From: Ptychomitrium polyphyllum
Lineage: Eukaryota
DNA length: 64,000 nt
Reading direction: 5' to 3'
NCBI GenBank assembly: GCA_973851085.1
Contig: OZ316775.1
Coordinates: 1,364,001 to 1,428,000, forward strand
The notes under the pieces were generated by a model, which worked only from the letters and a program-made list of their open reading frames with translations, searched no databases and was not told where the DNA came from. A program made the translations under genes and the position numbers. Positions 42,501 through 54,802 of this stretch are shown here, piece by piece. The first letter of the stretch is position 1. Each line of letters begins with the position of its first letter.

Positions 42501-44036
42501 ATTCACCTTTTTTGTCTTGTATGTGTTGTAAACGAATCTCTTCAATATGAGAGTCTCTCATGTGTATTGTAACACTTTCAACCATATCTACAAGAAGAAA
42601 TTGCTTTAGCTTAGTAAAATATGCTATAAATTTTGGTACACAATCCCTAAACTCATCCAATCCTTGTACTATTGCAAAAACAATGACTGGTACCATCTTC
42701 TTAAGGACATCATTATTTGGAGCAATCACTTCTCTTAAATTAAAATCTTGAAGTGTATAATTTTCTTGATTTAAATTTCTATCATAATGTTCCAAAAGAA
42801 GATGTGTTTGGTCTTGAAAATTGCTACTTACAAATGTTGGTTCTTGACCAAGGATGTTAATAATATTGCTTTCAATACCAATATTTGATAATATTGCATT
42901 TTGAATAATTGTTGAATTCTCTTCAATCCTTATAGGGGCTTGAATATTAGGTACAATTTCTTGTTCATATCTAGGTGGATTGATATCAATTCTATTATTG
43001 TTGTTTTGAAATGTTGAATGAGAATATAGATTTCTTGTTTTTAATTCTAACCTATGGTAATTCCAATTACAAATTATCACATAAATTCATATAAAATATT
43101 GTGTTAGGTTTGAATATGATGTAGTTTCATGTATGTGTGAAATTCAACTTCTCTATACTTAAAATTTGCATTAAATTCCATATTTAAATTATTTGAGCAT
43201 ATTATCATTTGATATATAAAGATATATAGAAACCATTTATGTAAATAAAACTTTAGTATAAAAATTTCATATATCATAATATCTACAATTCTTTTTAAAA
43301 CATCTAATTATATATTCAAAGAATAATTTTCATTGCCAAATCTAATGAAGTATATTCAAACAATATCAATTGGTTGTATGCAATTTGTAATTATATGGAA
43401 ATGGTTCAAAAATATTCTTTATAAATTAAAAAAAATCATAAATGAAATTCTTGTAGCACAAAAATATTATATGGACTTATGTGCATTGAGATAGTAACAC
43501 CTTTGCATTATTCTATTTTCATTTTCATGATTTTCATTTATTCTAGAATTTGGTACAATTTTGCACTTGGTTGTAAGAGAAACCATCACTAAAAGTGCAA
43601 ACATGTTCCTTGATTGTTGGTTTCCATACCCATTTTCATGAAATTCTTGTCCACATCCGATAGCGTAATCGAATTCCGAAAAATCACCCGATTTTGCAGC
43701 CATGAATATGAATTTTTCAACGGAAGCACCAATTTCAGCGTAACGCATGCACCGTGCCCAAGAAGGGGGTTCATCTTTAGGATGCCCAATTCTTACAATT
43801 AGTGATTCTAAAAGTTGAAACTCTTTGACCATGGCATAAATTCCTTTGAGCTTTTGATCATACGATGAAAATTGTCCAGGGCATGTAATTGCAAGTGAAG
43901 TAACACGTGAGGATTGTTCTTTGAAAACCTTGGACACAACCATACAGCGGACAAGTGATTTGCAGTCAGCAACAGCTGCAAATATAAGCTGGAAGACCTC
44001 ATTAGGAAGCGCATCAAAAAAATCTGTGATTTCCAT
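39552..44036 (-). CDS. F-box protein of the AUF1/At1g30200-like family with very large low-complexity insertions, 5 exons, ~1,116 aa
   Basis: Exons 44036-43501, 43051-41761, 41349-40651, 40484-40045, 39936-39552 (GT-AG, phases 2/0/0/2 compatible, 3351 nt). F-box FDALPNEVFQLIFAAVADCKSLVRCMVVSKVF. Further family-like blocks VKEFQLLESLIVRI..YAEIGASVEKFIFMAA, NDVLKKMVPVIVFAI..LKQFLLVD..HIEEIR and FDISFW..AGPLLAATIAHV. Confidence 0.75.
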
Positions 44037-44411
44037 TGCCCTTTTAAGTTGTGTGTTGTTATTTCACCACTGTAATTTGTTCTTCCTTGGTGATGATTTC
44101 GTTAACATTTGCATCTTCGAAGTCCACGCCGATTTGTCATATTCAGAGTTAACCTAACCAAGGTTTAAGTTACTGAAAATAAACAAATAAACTTCAGACC
44201 CTTTCCCACCAAGGGGCATGCCTGCTTGTAACATATACATGCTGTTGCAACCAATGGTCGGACTGTGGAGGACAGAGTGATCAAACTGATGTGGACATTC
44301 TACAGTTTATTTAAGAGTAAAACTCTGGTGTAAAAGCATGTTACATGCTAGAAGCGTTGTGCCTGTGAAGGGATAAATCATCTGAACCATACTCAGGAGT
44401 TGGAACCCTCT

Positions 44412-47400
44412 CTACGCTGTCATGCCTTCTTTGGACTTGCAATAGTTTTCAATGTAAGCAAATGTCATACTCTTCGGTCGTTCAATTGGAAGACCAAGTG
44501 CGCGATCCCAGATGAGCTGCACATGAAAAATCAAGTCATTCAACCTCAAGCCACAATAAAGCTGGGAATAAAATACAAGAAAGGAATTGAAGAAAAGAAA
44601 AAGCATTTGTTGGTCATTCACGAAGCAAAACTTCAATTTTTCAATGTGGGGTTAAGTCGTGCCTGAGAGAGGACGCCCATGGCACGTGATACTCCGAAAA
44701 GCACAGTGTAGTAGCTGTAATCAACCACCCCAAAACAAAGCTGGCTGTTGATTGATTGAAAGCAGTGAATGCACAATAAACCAAACAATTTGAAAGAAAA
44801 CAAGACAAATCATTTGTCGCCTCATTGCATTAGAACAAGCAATTGATGGATGTTTTAGGCCTTGTAGCTCACTTTTGTTCTTTCAAGCCGTAGTACTGAA
44901 GCAGGACACCGCTGTGGGCATCCACATTAGGCCAGGGGTTCTTGACCTGCCCATGCACAGAAAATTTAGAAAACGATTTGAATTCAGAGAGAAGAATTTA
45001 GAATACGTACAAAGGATACAACTGATGAAATAGAGCTCGAAATGTTTAGCCTTAAGGACTTACTTTTCCACCTGCCAAGAGGATTGGGGGAACCACCTCA
45101 AACAATTTTGACACCTGCGGAGTCGAGAGTAAATAAATTATATCCAGGTTAAGAATCACCTTTAACAGCTTCAGGTCTTACTCATTTTGTGGTGTATTAA
45201 CATGCTATAGCCGAATGGACCCTGACCTTCAAAGCAAAAGCAGATATTTTGATCAAACGAAAATTAGATTCAAACAGCATACTTCATTCACAAATGGATG
45301 AATGCCAATATGTTAATATCACATGGATGACCCTTTACTAAAACAGTTTAAAGGGATTTTAAAACATTAGGTTCGATTGTACTTGCATCTCTAATTTATA
45401 AGATAGACATGTGAGAGAGCCTTCCCTGATATATCTGTGCCCTCTACAATTCACAAGTAAACAACAGATAGTAAGCCATACCATCTTGAACATGGGATCG
45501 TCGGGAAGATGCTTAAGAGCAAATTCACGCTGGCATATATACCGAGGGTCCGTTTTTCTCAACACAGCATGCCCAAACCCAGGAACAACCTGTCACAAAA
45601 CCCTAAAGCTAAATACTTCTTGCTTCTCACATCTTTATAACGGAACTTGATATAGCTCAAAACAATCTATCCAGTGTTAGCAGATTACAGTTGTTCAGAA
45701 AATGATTTCACAAAATGTTCCTTCAATGACGTGGAACATCTTACTCCAAAAAGGCTACACATACTCGAAAGGCCAAACGCTGAAACCCAACATCATGATC
45801 AGAGGGAACAAACCGAATGATAAGTTTCGTTCCTCTGAAGTGATACGATAATATTCACGTCTTACAGAAATTTCGCTTTACCGCAAAATTAGATTGGTCA
45901 CTGTGGAGGCATGTGAACTGAGGTCTCCAAATCGGTTATTTCACTAAACAATAAGCATCTTTGAAAGTGGATGTACCCGGCCGCTTTTCAAAGTCTTGTG
46001 GATGTAATCTTTTAGTTGATCGAGTGAGACTTCACTACCGATATCAGCCACCACATCCTGAATCCAACGCAGCACTTCCTGTGACAGCCTACCATAGTTA
46101 GTGAGTATTCTAAAGACAAATAAAACCAGCTCAACTCTGCCGTGATTTGTGTTCGCAACATTGATATGAACATTTCCAATCTAAAGAACTGCAGAGTAAG
46201 TACCCACACCAAAAAACTAACCTGATTTGCAAGCCCGTGCAAAGGACCTGCTAGACCGTTCATTCCAGCAGCAAAAGACAGATATGGATCCGACAGTGCA
46301 CTTCCAACCTGGAAGAGGAGTTGACAATTTTAGACGGATATATAAACCAAATCCAACTTCATGGTAGCAGGATCAAAAATTAAACGATAACAGATACTTG
46401 AGCTCAGGGAGGTGTGTTTTCAAAGTATCTTCAGAGTTTCAATGCTCTTCGGCTTAAATAATACCATAGAGAAGCATTCACAGATGAAGTAACATGCATT
46501 TTCATCAACACCTCATCTACAGTTTTGAACAGTTATAAATTGTCTCAACGAAATGTTCTTTAGAAAGACTACCACTGATAAGGAACTGCTAATCAGCTAC
46601 CATCAGCTGGAAAATATCCCATCTAGGTTTTCACGTTAACAGACAGCGATGAGAACAGAACATCGTACCAGATGAACAGTGTGAGCGCTTACATTCCCTC
46701 CTTCATGATCACTGTCATAATGATACCACCAAGTCAAATCTTGTTTATATCCTTTCAAAACCATGAAAAGAGAAAAAAGAACATCTCAAAGCTCTAGAAC
46801 ATTAAGACCAGGAAAATTTTCAGGAAAAGGCAACAAACTGGATTTAAAACCATCTGCTTCATGCTCCCATAAGATGCTGTGGTTACTGAATACATGGCTT
46901 AAATACAAATAAAAGAAAGAGTCTCAATCGTTGTGAAATACGTGTGAATGCTCAAGTAAAGGCGCATCAACTCATGCATCAACTCATCATCGAAGCCCAA
47001 CATATGCGCAAAATTAGCAGCATAGTCCAAATTCGAATCTGCTCCAATTAAATCTCCACCTTTATAAATTCTGCAGTAAAACGATCCACAAATCTTCAGC
47101 AAGCTATAAAGAATGAAGGTAATTTTTATTACTAAGGAATATACTTGTATTTGTGTCATATGTTAGATGAGGGACTAATATTTATTAGCATGTTAGCAAT
47201 GAAATACAAGCTCTGTATAAACAAAAAGAAAAAGAATAAATTTTACCTCCTGTAAATGTAAGCAGCAACTTCTGGCAAACGGGCAATCAGATTCATAGAA
47301 TCTTCGTAAGCAGGTTCCCAGTACCTGCATCAATCAGATACTTCAATAACTTGCAGAGAATTTTCTTAGCATTTATGCACTTCCCAACTTCCTTGGAAGT

Positions 47401-50400
47401 CTATTTGACAAGTTGTTCAACTTCAGACATGCAAAGACAAGCAAAAGATGACAAACTTAAGACTTACTTGCTCTTGTGCAATCCACCCTCGTAAGCCTTT
47501 GCAAATTCACTTTCAGTCTGAACTAACCAACAAAATTGTCAATAACCTTAAATGCTGCATTTCAGTAGATGTGGACACTTCCGAGATTTTTCTGCACATG
47601 TTCGTTACCTAGAGTCAAATTGCACTGATGAAGCATAAAGGTCATACTGCAGAAAGGAAAAATACATGCTTCCAAACTTTCACATGGTCCCAGATTTGGA
47701 ACATATTCGAATTGGAGATTTACCTGTAAGGCCATAATGCCGGCAGTTAACTGGGTCATGGGGTGTGCAGTCTTTGGAAGTGCATTGATGACATCAAACA
47801 CGTGTCCTGCATAAATAAGCACATCCAGGAACTTTCTTAATCTTTGAAATTTGACTTTGGAAACTTGAGAACGTATTGAATTTTGGTGGACTCTCAAATG
47901 TGGATACATGACGTCGTATTACATGACTTTAACAATGCAAGGAAATATTGGCCATGTAACATACTACTTAAGTAGAATATCTCATGTTAACCATTCCAAG
48001 AATATATACCTTCAGTCAGTACTTTCAGCAGCCCTACGTGATGAATTTGATTTGGAATACAAAATCCAGGACTTCACCATCTCTCTGAAATTACTCTATT
48101 ACCTGGGATTTTTGAGCGAGATTTCAAATCCTCAGACAGTGCTTGAACTTGCTCTTTGGTTGGTACCTGCATTAACATGCAAACTTCCATAAACCCTTTT
48201 AATAATTCTGAGTTCACCTACCACCTCAACACAGCCGTTTCAACCGGCCAATCCAATTCTGAACTGAAATAGCTATAGTATCGTCACCTCTCCAGTTGTA
48301 AGGAGCCACAAAAAGCCTTCGGGCAATGGTTCACCACCAGGTTTGATTCCTGGAAGTTTCTTTTGACATTCAGGAATTGACATGCCTCTGAAGCGGATTC
48401 CCTGTACCAAGTAGGAAATAGATACATTATTAGAGCCAACCGTCCTGTCCTAAGAAAATCTTCACAGCCAGAAGACTTCTGAAATATGAAAGAAAAACCC
48501 ATCCAACTGCCTAATCTATACAACATTACTCTTCCGCCAGACACGTGATTCTCCAAAACTCAGAATCAGGTTGCAAACTACCACACGTGCGCTCAAGTGG
48601 CTCTAACGTATGATACTTGAAAATCAAATATAGGATAAACAAACTGACCGGTGAGAATGCACAACTACCACAAAGGTACAGCATTTACCTCCTCAGGGTC
48701 AAGTAAGGATGTCTCCCATAGCATGCCTTTGATTCCACGCATTCCACCAATCGCCTGGTAGGCATCAATAAGTGAAATGTCATCCAATGACACACGGTAT
48801 ACCGTAGCACAGCCAACTCAGAAGCGTGCCTCTGGTGAGAGCATTTTGGGACTAAATGCTTTTGTCAACCAATCTCAACAGCACTAAAAATACATTGAAT
48901 CCTTGCTAATCAAGAAATCTCGACCCCAGGTCCTGGTGGAATTGCAATTCACTTACCATGTCAACTGTGGTCTCTCCAAGTGACACTTTTCCATACTTGC
49001 TCTTAATCGCCTTCAGCTTTTCCTGCATGTGTACACAACTTACAGATTACTAGAAATAAAGTTTCCTTTATAAAGTTCGTCAAGCACCAACACATCTTCA
49101 GCCAAGAACCAGGTCGGCATTGGTCAATGCCATCAATCTGAAACGACATACCTCATCATCAGGAGGAAGCAAGAAGTGTGAGTACATGTATAAATGGGCG
49201 TCCTTTAGGAATGATTCACATGTGCAGGTTACTTACCCTTTCCTCCGGAACCATTTCCGCAACCTTGGCCCGCAGGTCCTGCACGCAGAGCAAGTCATAA
49301 AGAATATCTTAGTAAGGCTGGTAAAATCAATACTAGCCTTAAACTTGGCCAAAACTTTACCATCGCACAGATGCGAGAGAAGAATCTTAAAGTCGGTCTA
49401 ACAGACACTCTTTATTACACCTACGGACTAGAGTCACCCCAACAGTAGCTCTGCCGAGCGATTCAACCGGTCAAGAGTAATTTAGGGCGCAATTGCTTAG
49501 TCAGTGTCTATGCGGCAATTGATCTTTCGATAGTTTCTGTGCAGGCTGACAATTTACAACTAGATATAACAGACTAGTAGCCATTTGAAGATAATTTTCT
49601 AGCATTTGAGGAGTGTAGTGGACGTTCGCTCTCAATGTCAATTTACAGATTGATCAGGCTGGCATTTAAGGGAAGCAGGCTGCGAATATATAGTGATTGA
49701 CGTGGGTAGTGAGAAGAAACACATCCAAAAAGACACCAGGATGAAATACAATGATGCCATCAAAGAGCTTGTTCCTATTCAGAGCTACTTGAGTTCTTGA
49801 ACTTCGCGAACCCACATCCAAATTATATCTGCTTAGCGCCGAGATTACAAGCTAATTGAGACCTAGAAAATAAGAGAATTGTGCATGAAGAAATACAGTA
49901 TTCGAGACAGCCGTAGAGGCTTGATAAAACCGTGCCCATCGCGCGGAGTGCGATGGCTTCAGCTGGTCCAGCAGCAATTTCACCCCCTGCAATTCGCCAA
50001 ACACACACCAACACTCTTAAGACTACTCGCGCAACACTTCACCCAACGCTTCACCGAACAAGCAGCACATCAGAATCCAGAAACGATCCACCAACCGCTA
50101 AACAACTTCGCCACCAACATGCCACCATTCATTGTCTTCCCAGCTAGCCAGAACATCTCACCCACTCTCGACCCCAACCCCCATCCACGACTCCGGCGCC
50201 AACCCACAAACAAACCCAACCCAAACCCCGAAACAACAAACACCCAAAACCCCAAAACCCAGCGGAACACTGGACACCCCGAATCGCGATCGCAACGGCG
50301 ATCACATTTCCCTCGTCACTGAAACCCCTCCTCTATACCCAATCTCCACACACAATCACCCCGCCCAAGAAAAACCCCACTAACGACGAAGCACTCACAC

Positions 50401-50559
50401 AACGGTGGAACCACGATCACGATCACATCGGCTCCCCCAAACCCACTCAAACCCAGACAAAACCCTCCTTGGCCTCCGAAAAGAAAAGCACCCCCACACG
50501 AAGCAAGTACTCCATCCAGAGCTAAGCAACAGGCACGGCAGGCGACTCACCCTCGGCAT
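44412..50559 (-). CDS. CS: mitochondrial citrate synthase, ~19 exons
   Basis: Exons translate to [153 protein letters not shown]. First in-frame ATG at 50559 (MPR micro-exon). The start may instead be 50674 (see findings). Confidence 0.96.
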
Positions 50560-51479
50560 TGCAGCTCTCCGTGACCTGCAAGAACAGCACCTACTCCTCC
50601 ACTGCTCTGCCTCCTCGAGAGTCCTCCCACAAGTGCCGCTGCCAACTGCTTCTCTGCAAATTCCGCAACAACATCGCCCCCTCCTCTGCCTTCCCTTGCT
50701 TCACTCTTCTCTTCTCTTCTCTTCTCCTCTTGTCTCGGCCCCTTCCTGCCACCAACCCTAACTCCGCCGTCTCCACATCTACCACTTCTGTACATCTCCG
50801 GTGGAAGAATCTTTACAGTTTTTAGACTTCGTAGCTTGAGCTTCGAGGGAGCAATGACTGGCGTTTCGGTAATGGGAACCCGTTTCCGACGGAAACTCAA
50901 ATGCGGTGTGTAAGTAATCTTCTAAACCGTTACATGATGGCCTGCGGAGTGTATGGTTAAGTCGTAGATGTTGGGGCTGTTTGAGACCGCGGCGCGGCTT
51001 CTCGCGCGAGTGGCTCCCCGAACGGGTGATGGACCCCAAATCGACACCATCTACTGAGGGGTGGCACTTGGGAGATCGAAATCTAGGAAAAGGGTGGAGA
51101 GATGCATGAGCCAAGTTCTTGGCAAGAGTCCACGGGGGTTGAGAAAGGGCGTTGTAAAAATGCCACCTGAAAGGAAAGGTGTGTGAATTTTTGACTGAGT
51201 GGAGGGTGCAATTGGGGCCTTCCAACCCTTGCCCGCAGAAGGAGATATCTATGATTCCAGCAATGTGAGGAATCAATATTGTTAAGTTCTCCTCCAAGGC
51301 TTTACACCTTGTTATATTGTCCAAAGGAGGAGTAATTTGAAGATGGATGAAAAATGCATTGGCTACCTACACAGCAGCAATTACCATGAAAAAATCTTTT
51401 TTTATTGACCATATTTTGGAAGTACTCTTGGAATGAGCACTCAAGAGCTGGTCCTTCAAATAAGACTATTTTCATCTTG

Positions 51480-53050
51480 ATTGTTTCAATATTTTTCCAT
51501 AATTTCTTTAGTTTATACAATAAATCTCTTTTAGAATTTTTGTGTTGTTTGAAAGGTGAATTGCTTGTATTGATTTTAATTTATTTTATTCTCAAATATG
51601 GTGTAAATTATAAAGTGAGCTCTATATGCCACAAATAGATGTTGATTTTTTTTAATTATGATATTTTTAATGTATATATATATATATATGAACTCTAATA
51701 CATATGTATAGGTTGTTTGTATTTTTAAGAATTTTATACTTGAGTTCAAAAATACTTAAATTAAATAATTTTACTTATTGCAAATATAGAAGGTATTTTT
51801 TAAGTAAATGTTTTCAAGATATGTGTACTTTGTCACATAAGCACATGGTTTTCTTTATTGGTTGCTTAAACAATTGTTTGTATTGTTCATAATTTTTATA
51901 TAACATGCAAATGTTTATTCTAGTTTTATACATCAACTCTAGCTTAGATAATTTAAAGCTTTGTAATTATGTCTACAACATACTTAAAAGATCAAACCTT
52001 CAAATTTTACCTCTCAAAATCCCACTAGACCTTTTTGTAGCTAGAAAAATAAACCTTGGTACTAAAGATACTAAAGAAAAGCTTACTATTCAATATATTT
52101 TATCTATTGGTTTTTAAATCCATTTTTAAAAGCAAAAAGAGTAATAAACCACATAATATTATTATTTCACACAACATAGTAAATATTGAGAAATAAACGT
52201 TGCAAGAGTATATTTAGCTTAAAATAATAGAGTTTGAAGCAAAAATGATTTAAACTTTTTTAATCAACCAAGTAAAATTAAAATGAAGCTATTGTGGTTT
52301 TATTGGTCACTTTGATGATACATTCATACTTGTAGACATATGTTATAAATGGTCCTTCTTTCATTGCTTGAATCTTATGTAATAATTTATTCACTATTAA
52401 TTCATTGTTAATCAAGTCTTTAAAATTACCAAGCAATAATAACAAATCAAAGATGTTGTATTATAAATTGTTTGATGGATTAATTTGTTATTATTTGTGT
52501 GTTAAAATGTTGTTTTATTAATTTACATACTAATTATGTTGATATATATGTTGATGCGTACTTCATATATTATTTAACACATCTTATAAATTAAATGCAC
52601 TTTTTTAATTTGAATTTGAATCAAATTAAGCATCAAAGTTATATAAAATGAAGGTTGATTTTTTTGAAAAGTGAATAAATTCACCACGTCTTTCACTTTA
52701 TGATAATGTTTCATCTTTTCCAAAGTATATCTTATTGTTTGAAACTAAATGTTAGTTGATTTAAAACAATTTCTACTAGATGCTATAAACTAAAAATTGA
52801 AGTAAAGAGTGAACCGTTTTTCATCTAATAATCTGTATATTTCATATTGAAAAATCCAAATTAAAAAAAATGCAATTAATACAAATGATAATTTGCTATT
52901 CATTAGGTTATCAAATGAATTCATTTTCAAGAGATTAAAGCAAAAATAAAAGGTTAATCCATTGGAAAGCAATTCTAGTAAATCCCCATATCTATGCTTG
53001 CCTTATGCATCACCAATAATCTTACCTTTTATAAAAAATAAGGATACTCC
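51480..53050. other. AT-rich, CpG-poor block between the divergent CS and ATL genes, with (TA)n at ~51674-51689
   Basis: Composition read directly. The short ORFs here are F/I/L/Y-rich artefacts. Confidence 0.5.
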
Positions 53051-54802
53051 AAATGATCTATTCATGTACATTCTTAAAGGGAACATCAACAGTAGCATGT
53101 AACTCTATGTACATCACCTTTTGACTGTGCCTAAACATCAATTCTAACATTTACAAATGTACTATTCCGATGTGTCGAAGTACTAGGAAGCATGACCACT
53201 ATCTCATTCTTTCATGTTGGATTTGGTCGACTCAAATCTCAAACACTTAAAACACTACTCCATCTCCAAACCCATCTGTACACCCTCAATCTACACTTTT
53301 GAAGATTCCGAAAAGAAAATGTACGCCTGCTGTAGATATTGATGATTGTTAATTTTAGGACAGGTCTGAGCAGTGGCCTCCTATGCTTAAAATTGTCCAC
53401 TAATGCTCCAAGTCGCTTTCCATTACAGAAGCCACCCACTGCAGTACCCACCAGCTGACACTCGTTCTAAAGGAAGAGCCTGAAAGGGTGAACCTAACTC
53501 TTCACTCTTGGTAGATTACGCATTTTAAATCTACAGAATGGCTACATTCCATCCCCACGAGACGTGCAGCAGACAGCGTCGTCAGACTCACTGGCCTCTC
53601 TCGCAGAGCTGCCGCCGGCTATGGCGATGGCCCCCTTCATATCTCCCTTCCGCACCCCCGGATCGCCCCTCACAACCTCCCTGCACTCCCTACTCTTCAC
53701 CTGCAGCTCACAGTCCTTCCCCTGAGCTTCAAAATGAGCTCTTTTGTGCAAAGATCGAACTTTTAGAACTATGTGTTGACATGGTTCTTCTGGAGAGCTC
53801 ACATGGTGATGAGAATGTTGTCCAAGCTCATCGTGGAAGCTCGGGTGGGGGATGGTGAGCTTACTTTCTGTGTTTGGGTTTGGAGTGGTACTTATGTAGG
53901 AGGTTGAGTTCTGTATGTTCAGTGATCAGGAGCTGATCCAAAGGTGTGAATTTTGAGATGTGGGAGTGGTTGGGTGATTGTGAAGGTCGATGATTTGGTC
54001 GTGGTTAAGGGAGTGGACAGGGAATGTGCGTATTGCTGATGTGATGGATTGGGTTATGTGAGGAAGATCTTGGTGTGTGGATGATTGATCGGCGTTTTGG
54101 TGGTGAGATGCAGTTAGGGTTGTTTTGACGGTGAGAGAGGATAGATGTGGTGGTGATTTTGAGGTGGTTGAGCTAGGAATGTTTGCTCGTTTGAGTCTGA
54201 GAGGGTGAGGTTTCTTGAAGTGAGGAAATTGCAGAAGCTGTCTCAGCATATTGATGAGAGAGGAAGCTGTATGTAGGGACGTGAAGGTGAATTTGGCGGA
54301 GGTTAAGTGAGTGGTGGAAGAGTGCTCTCTGTCGCGGTACATTCGCACCAGGATAAGCGTGCATGGTTGCATTCGATCAGGTCGATCGAATGAAGAGTGT
54401 GAGATCGGTTTGCAGTTTTTAAATTCAGTGACGAAGAAAGAACGTTGGAATTGTAGAGTGGGAGGCATGGGGAATGCTGAGGTTTTCGACTTGTTTTCTC
54501 AAAGGACAGATCTGGACCGTGATGGTCGTGTCAGTAGTAGTGCATCGTTGTGCATGAGTCGTAGAGGGTCACGCTCAAGTATCTCGTGGTGGAAATTGGC
54601 TCTGCTTGTCGGAGGGGGAGGCCGGATGGTGCTATGACGACCTGCTCCAGTGAATAAGTGCTCATTGATGATCCTTGACTTGGATACTTTCCAAGGATGA
54701 GGGTCGGAGAACTGGAGCTGAGGTATTTGCCAAGGATCCGCCATTGAAGTGCAAGTCGAACGGCCCATTTGTTAATGCGAAATCTTCGGGGCTCCTGCCA
54801 AC

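Noticed and set aside
45008..45022. U12-type donor-like GTATCCTTT in citrate synthase
   Set aside because: It lies in the middle of an ordinary GT-AG intron, not at an exon boundary.
53538..54800. ORFs 53538..53858 (+) and 53926..54468 (-) as separate genes
   Set aside because: Better explained as the ATL 5' leader with an intron (donor-like gtgagc near 53855). The translations are compositionally biased.
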